From an uncultured candidatus Porisulfidus sp. (GTDB lineage: Bacteria > Pseudomonadota > Gammaproteobacteria > Poriferisulfidales > Oxydemutatoraceae): a stretch of DNA of 64,000 nt. The DNA lies in assembly GCA_965199685.1 (NCBI GenBank), contig OZ241323.1:1221283-1285282 (forward strand), given 5' to 3'. The stretch's first letter is position 1. Every line of letters starts with the position of its first letter. The notes under the pieces are model-generated. The model saw nothing but the letters and a program-made list of their open reading frames with translations. It was not told where the DNA came from and searched no databases. The position numbers and the translations under genes are program-made. Shown here piece by piece: positions 1 to 12,000 of this stretch.

Positions 1-3000
1 TCTATAGCATTGCCGTTAGGAAGTCTTCCAACCAAACCGGAGAGTGTACCAATACCGGAAACTTTGCCTATTGCATAACTATTTTCAATCGTTGAATCAC
101 TATTAACACTGACTAAACCGCCGGCAACTTGGTTATTTGCGTTCATACAAGGCCCGAATCCTGTTTCCACATTGCCCGTCGCATAGCTGTTTTTGATTTC
201 GCTCCTTTTCAGTAACTCACCTGAGTTAGTGGAAAATTGATTTCCCACCAAACCACCGACTATGCAAGGTCCTTTGACCTCACCGGTTGCATAACTGTTA
301 TAAACCTTACCACCGTCTATGTTCCTGCCGACCAAGCCGCCTACCCCAACCCGTTTGTTTGATGCCATCCCGGAGTCTTCGGCAATCACGTTGATTTTTG
401 CGTAGCTATTGAGTATAAAACCTTTATTCCAGCCAACCAGACCGCCTATGAATCCTCTACCGCTAGCAAACCCGACATCGCCTCTTATTATTTTATCGGT
501 ATTGCCAGATGCAACATCACCGACCACATAGCTATTGATGATCTCACTACCGCGTTCTGTAGAACCGGCAATGCTACCTACATTTTTAATCCCGATTAGA
601 CCTTTGATTGCCGCATCAATCAATCCCAAGTTTTCAATTCTACCCCTTGAACCAATAACAGAAAATAGACCAATATGGTTTTGATTGCCGACGCTACGGT
701 TTATTTGCATATTGGATATCGTATAGCCGTTGCCGTTAAATACGGCATTAAGCCTATTGATAGGCTGCCAACCGGAGTCGCTTGCATCAAGGAAATCATT
801 CACCGTCCAGCTATCCTTGAGTAGCGATGGATTCGCTGTGCGATAGCTTTCATTCTGGTTGAAATCCAAATCTCTGACCAATTCATAGCCGCGGCATTTC
901 TCTACATCGTTGACCAAAGGACAACCTGCAGTAATTTTAACTGCACTTGCGGTTGTCTTGAAACCGCTGCCGTTCGGCTGATGACGTATCGCATCCAATT
1001 CTTCCAAATAACGAATCTCTATCAAACCATCGCCGTCGTCGTCTATGTCTAGATAGTCTATGACCTCGGACTCAAATTGTTGACGATAACCTTGATTATC
1101 CTCATGCGTGATGATTGCACGATATTGATAATCTCCCTCATTAGGAAGGGTCGGAGATCCGTCCCCGACATTGACCCAGGCTTCTGTGTCGTTAAGCCGA
1201 CGCTGCCATTGTATATGAGTTGCTGCAAGACCACCGTCTTGGTCTATAAACTCGCTGCCATCCTCTCTTTCGAAGCGAATGATATAAGTGTATGCTTTGC
1301 TATTATCCTCAACCAAGCGAACGCGATGCGCAGTATCGTTGTTGCGCCTGGAAATTATCAACGGTAGCGTCTTGCTTAAATACACACCGTCGTTGACGGC
1401 GACTTCGATAATCAATGGTATGCTAAGGCTGTCGGCTTGACCCGGTACCACATCGGCAGGTATTATGAAATCCAATATCGCACTTTGTGTATCAACCGGC
1501 GATAGCACATCGTTGAACTTCAGCACATCGCCTACTGGTTGCCGCCAACTATAACGAGAGAGATCTTCATTCAAAGCATCATTCAAATCAAAGTTATTTG
1601 AGGCTATCAAACGAACACGCTCGCCTTCGGCTACCGTCAACGATGACAGTACGTCTGTTGTGGTCGTCGCCGTCACTCGCCTAATCTCCGATTCCACATA
1701 GCGGACAGAAAAGTTATATGATAATTCGCCGGCATCAGGGTTATGAGTGGTTATGGTGATCTGCGGTGTATCGCCGCCGTTCAATATAAACGATAACGGA
1801 ACACTTGATGAGCATACTAAACCGTCGCTACAAGCAACATCAATCGTCGTATCGGATTGGGTTGATGTGGCATGCAATCGCACCTCTGTTATCCGTGCCG
1901 ACTCAGTGATGAGTTCGTAATTGAAAATCAGCGGATGAAAAGATGGAAATGGTCGGACACCCGACAAAGTCAAACTTCGCAACAAACTCTTCCCTTCGGG
2001 TACGAGTAACCTTGCATTGTTGACGGCTTTCAGTGCTGGATAGCTATTGACATCTGCAAACTCCCAAACATTCGTATCCCAATTTCTATAAACGCCGCTA
2101 TTTATCGGTGAAGTTGGTGAAGTCGGAGTGGACGATTGGAGTATTATTGTGGTTGCAGAAGTACCACCAGCACTCAATGCGACACCACTCACCTCTATAT
2201 CCCAATGACTGTCGCTGACCGTGGCATCGTTGCGAGCGACCAAACCGCCTGCCTTAGACATCGCTCCGATGGCTATAATTTTGCTCACTGCATAGCTATT
2301 GATGATTTCGCTAGAACTTCGGTTTAAGGCAACCAAACCACCGACTCTGTCTCGACCAACTACCGATCCTCTCATATGGCTATTGACAATGCGAGCGCGA
2401 TTATCGCTGACCATCGTGTCATTGATAGCAACCAAACCACCCGCCAATGCCATTGTTAACCTATTCGATAGATTGCCTTTGACTTGGGTTTCCGAGTATG
2501 ACTCGGTAATGGAACCGGCAACATTCCAGCCGACCAAACCGCCTACGATTGCCGATGTGCCGTCGCCTTTCGCCTCCACATAACCGCTAACATAACTGTG
2601 CCTGATATCGCCTGCTCGGTTATGAGCAACCAAACCACCTACGTGTGCACCGCCGACTATATCCACATCGATTAAACCCAGCCCCTCTATTGCAACATCG
2701 GTTTCTCTACCATCTATCACACCAAATAAACCACCGTCACTATCCGGTCTATTAATCCTTAAATTGGAAATCGTATAGCCGTTGCCTTGGAATGTTGCCA
2801 CAAACGGATGTTTTAGTGTCCCTATTGGCTGCCAGCCTGCTCCAGTAGTCCATGCACCGTTTACACTCCCTGCTCGATAATGTGCCGGGTTATCAAAATC
2901 CAAATCTCGCAACAACTCATATCCCTTACAACCAGTCGTCGGACAACCTTTGGCATTTTCTATCAATACACCATCGCCGCTTTGATGCCTAAAACGATTG

Positions 3001-6000
3001 CCATCCAAAGCGTTGCGCATCGCATCCAAATCCTCCAGTGTTAGAAGCTCTATCAATCCATCTTTGTCGGTATCAACATTTCTCGCACCCGAAGAGAAAT
3101 AATCTACTTCAAAGTGATATCGGACGCGCTGATCTCCCGATACTTCAATACTAATCAGGGTCGTGGTGGTGGAACGTAATGCGATCGGCGAGCTGCTGGT
3201 AGCACTTTTTACCGTCTTGTCAAAGCCGTTATCGCTGGCGATGCGAATGATCGCATCCTCATCTAGGGCTTGTGGTATCAAATGTAGGTGTTCTATGTTT
3301 GCATCCAGCTCTACGCCGATGCGATAATGCAACTTGCTCGTATTAAAGCGCGGAGATAGTGTTACAACTTGTGAGATTGCCAAACTTGACAAACCATAAG
3401 ATTGCAAACCAGTGAGCGTGCTTTCGGTAGTGCTGGTATATTTAAGAATCGGGTATTGCTGTGCGTTACCAAAATGCCAATCGCTATCGCTCCACTGGTA
3501 ATAAGCCTTACTTGCATCCAATGATTGATTGTTGCCCGACTGCAGTTGCAAAGTGGTTTTGCCGATGCCGGCGGCGGACCCTCGTAGGTTGCTTGTCGCA
3601 ATATCCCAATAGCTATTTACCGCAACACCTCCAGCATTGTTACCAATTAAACCACCCGTCGCAATTGCATACGAAGCACACACAGGCACACCTGTGCATA
3701 CCACATCTGCAGTCGCATAACTGTTGCGAACCGAACCGCTGTTGTCACCGACCAAACCACCGACAAGTGTGGCACCTTGAATACTCCCGCTTGCATAAGT
3801 GTTTGCAATGGCACCAAGGTTCAAACCGACCAAACCACCGATATTATTATTGCCCAATACACGGCTCAAGCTGTAGCTATTCGCAATCACCCCACTATTT
3901 TCGTTGCGAGCTACCAAACCACCGACCGAAGGACCGCCCGATACGATACCGTAAACATAACTATTAGAAATACGGCCGGTGTTATAGGCAACCAAACCAG
4001 CGACCACACGCTCGCCTGCCACCATACCATTCACATAGCTGTTGTCTATCTCCCCAGCATTATAGGCAGCTAGGGTTCCAATACCCTTGCTACCTGCAAT
4101 CTCTACATCTGATAAATTAACATTCCTGACTCGCGCACTATCGGCTAATGCCGCAAACAGACCGATATTGTCTCTCTTTGATGTGATGCGCAAACCAGAA
4201 ATCTCGTAGCCTAATGCGCGGTTGCCATCAAATATCGCGGTAAAGCATTGGCTTTGCGCATCACCGCAATCGAGTGTCGTTCCATCAATTGCTCCGATCG
4301 GATGCCAATCGTAATCGGAAAGATCTATGCTTGCCGCCAGTTCGTAGCCTTTGCAACCGACATTCGGGGTAGTCGGACATCCCACGGTGATTTTGGTATC
4401 GCTACGACCTGCTTTATAGCCGCTACCATCTAATTGATAACGAATTGCATTCAAATCGTCGGAACTACGAATCTCTATCAAACCGTCGTCGTCTTCGTCT
4501 ATATCGTCGACAGCGATAAAAGGATGTTTGCTTACCAGAACACGATAGTGTGTCATCTCTGCAGTTTCAGATACCAAAGGATCTTCCACTGTCAAGGTCA
4601 GCAAGAACTCATTAATATTGTCTATGGTAAACGTGGTGCCTTGACCGCTTCGTAATTCTTTGCGTGGATTCGTTTTGCTATCGTCGTTGACTATAACCAC
4701 CGCATTCGAGTTAAACGTATACGGAATGATGCTAAATTCACGAGCGTTGCTTTTTACTATCAATTCGTAATTGTACATCTTAGAATCAAAGTCGGGGTTT
4801 AATAACAAAATCTGACTTGTTGAAAGTGCTAGATTTCTTAAACCACTAGGGTGTTGAACCGGCAACAAGGTGCCACACACCGGCATTGCGGTAAGTGTAT
4901 CGTCGGCTGCTTGACATGCTGGGCGAGATATTATATTGGTGGCAGTGGTATATCTTAGTGTCGGATATTGCGAACTACTTCCGGAATACCAATCGCTGCT
5001 ATCCCAGTTGCTATAGATTCCATCTCCGACCACAGGTGTTTGTAGCTCTGTCGTTGCCTTGCCGACACCGTTAGTATTATCTTCGTCATCCATTACTTCA
5101 CTCGTATCAACATCCCAATAACTTTGAACAACAAAGAATGTATTCCAGGTACCACCTATTAATCCTTGACTACTGCCCGATATGTTGCCGATTGCATAGC
5201 CATTGATAATACTGCCACTTACCCAACCGACTAAACCACCGACAAAGCTATCTCCGCTAACCGCACCAGTCGCATAACTATCTTCGATATTTGTCGATGA
5301 AACACCGACTAAACCACCGACATAGTAATTCCCGCTAACCATACCAGATGCATAACTATTGTAGATACTTGAACTCGATTGATTCCCACCGACTAAACCG
5401 CCAACAAAACTAGTTCCGGTGACCTTAACACTTGTGTGGCTATTAACGATTACACCCGAATTACTACCAACCAAGCCACCTGAATACAAATTGCCTCGGA
5501 CATCACCACCTCTCACATAGCTATTGACGATTTCACCATGATTCTCACCCACCAAAGCACCGCTATTAGATTGACCCCTAACATCAACAATAGCATCAAC
5601 ATCCACAGCGAGTAGACCAACATTCTCAATTCTCGCATTATCTGCCAAAACACCGAACAAGCCGATATTGTCAATAGCGGCACCGTTAATCCTCAGATTT
5701 GCTATCGTATGCCCATTTCCATTAAATAAATCTCTAAACGGATTGCTACTATCTCCTATCGGTTGCCAGCCTGCACCGGCTGTCCATGCCGGGTTGGTCA
5801 CACCGCTACGATAGCTGGTAGGATCCTTGAAGTCTAAGTCTCTAGATAACTTATAACCCTTGCATCGCCTCACATTGTCTTTGGTGTCTATAGGACAATC
5901 CTTCAAGGTGGCAGATATCTGCTCCAAAGGATAACGCATTAGATTCAAATCTTCTAGATAATCAATAGGTATGAAACCATCTATTACCGCAATATCGTGC

Positions 6001-9000
6001 AGTAACTGAATCGTATAGGATGTCGGCATACCTTGCGTTGCGGATCTCACCGTAATAACGATGCTGTCTAAACCGTTGCTTAGAGCAAACAATGAACTTT
6101 GCCTACCGCGCATTGATGCACTCAAGCCACTTGCATTGACGGTTATCATATGACTGTCGTAATAGGCAGTGGATGTGGCACGAAATGTGACATCCCCGCT
6201 TGATATGGCAACGACCAAATGGTAGTTATATATTTCAGGATTAAATGCCGGAATCAAGTGTGCATTTTCTGAAAGCTCTATTTGAGCCAAGCTCGCACGC
6301 TGCCCGGGTAGCAAGGCTCCACAATAAGGCATCTCTCTCGGCAATCTTGGTAAATGACTACGACAAACGACCCCTCTATCATGTCTGTCATGCTCAGATA
6401 AGCCTGCAGACAACAACTCATTGTTGCAATCGGATAGTTGCTCAAGCGACGGCTGCTTACATGTCGTATTCTCGTCATCGTCTGTCGCATAAAGCAACAC
6501 CGGATATTGCTTTATATTGCCAAAGTGCCAATCGGCTCTCTTCCATCCAGTGTAGATATCATCCGACGGTATACCAGCCTTGAGTGCCACCGAAGTTGTT
6601 GAGGTTCCGGCAAGTGAGACGGCTCTGGATATCACCGCATCTTTTCTGTAATAACTATTAACAACCGCATGTCCGAGGATGGTTGCTGCTACTAAACCTC
6701 CGGCACTTCCACTACTTGTCTGCACATCACCAGTTGCATAACTATTGTGAATTTTTGCATGATGATTACCGACTAAACCGCCGGCATTTCCATTACTTGC
6801 ATACACATCACCGATCGCATAACTATTAACAATAGAACCATTTTGATTCCACCCGACCAAACCACCGGCAAAAGTATTATTCACTCGTACGTCAACACTT
6901 GTATAGCTATTGACAATCATGCCACCATTGTTTGTGCCGACCAAACCACCACCGTTGTCGCTATTGGCTAAGAGTTTGCCGTTTGCATGGCTATTGATAA
7001 TCGTGCCGGAGTTGTGGCCGGCAATGCTACCGATATTGCTCTGTCCGGCGATATTCATATTCACTAAACCGACATTCTCAACTCTGCCGTAGGTTCCTAT
7101 TACTCCGAATAGACCTACATAGTTGTTGTCTGTGTTTATAGTCAAATTAGAAATCGTATGACCGTTCCCCTTGAATACACCATTAAAAGATTCACTCAAA
7201 TCACCTATCGGTTGCCAATCAAACCCAGCGAGATCTATATCGGCAGTCAATTCATATCCTATGCACCCGTTGGGACAATAGATGGCATCGGTGGTTTCGT
7301 TCTCTTGATAGGCACTACCATCCAAGCGATTGCGGACGACGTTCAAATCCATCGCATCATTAATCTCTATTAATCCATCGCCGTCTCTATCTATGCTCTG
7401 CACTACGGTGCTGAGTCGATTTATGGTGAATTGATATCTGTAGGAATCTCGTTTGTCGCCTTTTACGACTAAACCGATGACCGTGTCGCCGGAGTCGTTC
7501 AACAGAATCGGTATCGTCCATTCGCCACTATCGCTTACTCCTACCAAGCTGCCATCCTTAAAAACTTCAACCATTGCATTTGCATTGGATGCAGTCGGCA
7601 ACAGACGAATGGTACTGCGATCGGCATTGACCAATATATCGTAATCAAATGACGCATGCACAAAGGGACTAGACAGACCAGTGCCTTCGGATAATTTTAG
7701 GCTTTGCAAAAAGCTACCTTGATGACGAAGCAAGCTACTGCAAGCCTTGGGACGCTTCTGAATATCCGCCGCCCCACAATGTGCATCACTATCGGTAGAA
7801 TCGCCACGCAAATTATACTTAATCGCCGGATAATGTTTATCAGTGCCGAAATCCCAGTTAGCGGAATTGCCTAAATTATCGCTAGCCCAGCTCGTATAAA
7901 TACCAGTTGCATCTGTAGGCGATTGAAGCGAGATAGTAGTCATCGGCACTCCTAAAGTCACATCGGTTTTAGAGATGTCTTGGTCCAGATAACTCGCGCG
8001 GACTGTCGGTACCATTATATCGTTCGGATCTTTATTACCACCGAATAAACTCTGCGACATACCAGCTTTAGTTGCCAGAACACTCGCATAACTATAGTTG
8101 ATTTCAATAGCCGAAGAGGTGCGTGCGCCGATTAAACTACCTATGAATCCGTCATCGTGTTGTGCTGTAATCGTTCCGACTGCATAGCTATTGGCAATGA
8201 TGATATCCGCATCCACATTGCCAATCAAACCTCCACCGACTGCCGATTGCTCTTTAACAACGAGATTACCGATGAAATAACTGTTGCTAATTCGTGCAAC
8301 TCCACCGCTGGTTGCAGTAATAGTATTTATCAAGCCAGCGGCAGCGATGTTTCCTTCTATGTCTCCTATCACATAACTATTGCTTATCGTGCATTGCATA
8401 CACGATGTGGCAATTCCGGCAACTACATTTCCTGTGATATCCACACCCGGCAATCCGACACCATCTATATAGGTGGTGCGGCTATCGCTCCCTATGGTCG
8501 CAAAAAGACCTCCACCTCCTCTCACTCTTAAATTAGCAATGGTTTTATTATTACCTTTGAATGTGCCGATAAAATTCCCTACTATAGGTTGCCAGGAACC
8601 TATACCAGTCCAGCGATTCATGTTCACATCAGCATTGCGATAACTGCTGGTATCGTTAAAATCCAAATCCCTTAGCAGTTCATAACCTTTGCATCCTTCA
8701 TTCGGACAACCCGAAGTAACTTTGATCGATTGGGCATCTGCTCTATAACCACTGCCGTCCAACTGATGACGGATCGCATCCAAATCTTCCAAATAATTTA
8801 TATCCACAAGACCGTCACCGTCTTCATCGATGACCCTATGGCTAGAATAGTCCAAATAAAGTGTATATCTGACCCTCTGTGTGCCTCCTACCTCAATGAC
8901 AACTTTTTTTGCCTGATCATTTTTCAGTAAAATTGGCGCACTCGTGTCGTCGCTGTCTAGGGTTTCTCGCATAGTCCCGATAATGCTAATGCGTGCGGTT

Positions 9001-12000
9001 GATTCCATCGCAACCGGAATCAAGCGCACACTCGGATGGTTGCCGATTACTGTGCCGAAATAAATACCGCTTTGGTTGAGCTTTTCAATAGCAATCGGTG
9101 GGTGGAGGCTAATATCGTTCGTTGGCCTCAGGCCACGCAAACCGTAGCGAAAGCCCGGTGATATTAAATCACCGCAGCGCAGTGTCTTCAATGAACCGCA
9201 CTCAAGAATACTCTCAGTTGCGGTGGTATGTTTGAGTATCGGGTACTGATCTATATCACCGAAGTGCCAGTCGCTATCACTCCACTTGTAATAAACCTCG
9301 CTTGCATCCGATGATTGGCTGGTGCCCGATTGAAGCTGTTGCGTGTTTTGCTCGATCCCGTGGTTGCCTCCGCTGGCAATGGTGTCGGTATTCCAATAGC
9401 TGGCGACGATTGTGCCGCTGGGGTTGTCTCCGACTAAACTACCCCCTGTTCCCCCTCTGTTATTTAGTTCACCAATTGCATAACTATTTTTTATAGAACC
9501 TTCGTTATGTCCAACCAAACCACCTACTAAAAATCCCTCAATATTAACTGAGGCATAACTGTTCATAAGCTGTGCTTGCGAGTCATTGCTACCGACCAGC
9601 CCTCCAATAGTGGAACCACCACTTGCCAAAATCTTACCAGTTGCATAGCTATTAGCAATCAAACTCTGATTGCGACCCACCAAACCGCCAAAACGTGAAA
9701 TTCCTGAAACCGGCATTATGAGACCATCGGCATGACTATTGATAATCCTGCCATCGTTATCTCCGACCAAACCACCAAGCAATGAGGCTCCAGAAACTTC
9801 GCTTATCGCATAACTACCGATAATATCTCCACCCGCATTACTCGCAACCAGACCGCCGGCAGTGCCCCCGAACTTTGATTGAACACTGCCGCTAACATAA
9901 CTATAGCCGACCTGCCCTCGGTTGGTGCCGACCAGTCCGGCAACTTTTGCACCACCTTCTATTCTCACATTCAACAAGCCGATATTGCGTATAAGTGCAT
10001 CTGATGATGTAACACCAAATAAACTTTGATTGTCGGCATCGTCTTTGTTTATCTGCAAACCTGATATCGTATAGCCGTTGCCGTCAAAGCTACCGGTAAA
10101 AGGCTTTGTCTCGTTGCCTATAGGAACCCAACCTATATCGCTATCATCGTCGTAATCATCTACCGTCCAAAAAATCCTATTCAATGGATCTAGATAACTC
10201 TCGCGGTCTGCAAAGTCCAAATCCCTAGCCAACTTATAAAAGCCACTTGGTTGCTGGTGTATCGCACGCAAATCTTCCAAATAGTTAATCAACGCGAACT
10301 CTTTGACGGTGATATTTTGATAATCAATGTGTAGTGTATAGCGTACGGTTTGGGTTCCTTGCACTTCAATGTGGATACGTTGGATAGAGTTTTCTTGCAA
10401 AGGGATTGCTTTACTTGTCTCGCCGCTGCGGATACGGTCGTGTGCGATCTCATCATCGCCGATGTAGAAATTAATACGCGCAGTGGGTTCTATCGTCGTC
10501 GGAATAAACCGTATCGTGTTATCGGTACTGCGCAGACTGCCGATATAAATACCGCTGTGGTTTTGTTCCTCAATATTGAACTCAGGAGATAGGGCAAACT
10601 CGGTAGACAAAGCACCACCACCCACCATCTCCAAGTTGCGCAGACCGTAGCGTAAACGTGGTGATATCAACTCACCGCATTGCGGTAATCTCGGCAAACC
10701 GCAGCCATCGCCGTTGGGTCCCGGTGTATATTTGAGTATCGGATACTGTTCGCCGTTGCCGAAATCCCAGTTGGCATCGTCCCATTCCTCGTATATCCCG
10801 ATTGCCGAAGTGGGTAATTGCATTTGTTGCGTGGTCTGCCCGCTGCCATGACGACCTTGCAAACCGCTGGTCTCGGTATTCCAATAGCTCGCACTGATGC
10901 CGCCACCATCGCGAGCAACTAAACCGCCGCCACTTCCTTGCACTCTCCCGATAGCATAACTGTTTGCGATCATCACTTTAGGTAGTGCATTAGTGCCTAC
11001 TAAACCTCCCGATTCAATTTCTCCGACAACGCTACCTGTTGCGTAGCTATTGCTTATAGGCCCTCTGTTGGAACCGACTAAACCACCCACGTTACTATTC
11101 CCCGTCAAATCACCACTGGCAAAACTATTGATAATACGTGCATTGAGATCATTCCTGCCTACAAGTCCACCGACATAATATCGCACTCCCGAAAAACTGC
11201 CATGTGCATGACTATTGATGATTATGCCTAAATTATTGCCCGCTAAGCCACCTACACTTCCTTGAGAGCCTTCATCCTCCAGACTATGAAGCTCACCCAC
11301 TACATAACTAGCGACTATAGCTCCCTCATTGGAACCGGCGAGTCCACCGATGTATTGATTTCCTTCTATCTTGACATACGCCAAACCGATATGTCTTACC
11401 GTAGCCGTAGATGCCAAACCACCGAATAAACCTTGATAGTCGGCCGCATCTCTGTTTATTTGTAAATTCAATATCGTATGACCGTTGCCCTCAAAGGTAC
11501 CGTTAAAGCAGCTACTACGGCTATCATTGCAACCTATATCGACGGCTTTCCCTATCGGCAACCAGCCGGTGTCTGTACTATCTTCGTAATCGGCTACTGT
11601 CCATTTTGTTTTATTGAGCGGGTTGCGGTAGCTCGTATCGGCATTGAAATCTAAATCTCGGACTAATTCGTATTTACCATTTAGCCGATTGCGTATCGCA
11701 TCCAAATCTTCTAGGTAATAAATATCGCTAAAACCGTCATCCTCTTCAACTGTCATAAGCAATAACGGCTCGGATACGACACGATGATCGTGCCCTTGAT
11801 TATCGCGATAATCCAACAATACGCGATAGCTGATATTATCAATTGCCGAGAACACGGCAGATATCTTATAGCGCATTTCTGTGGCATCTTCAATGTCTTG
11901 CCACACTGCCGAATCGGGCAGTGGCTTGTATTGCCATTGATAACGAAGGCTCCTGAGGTCTACACCACCGTCGGGTTCCATAGATAAATCAGCCTCGCTG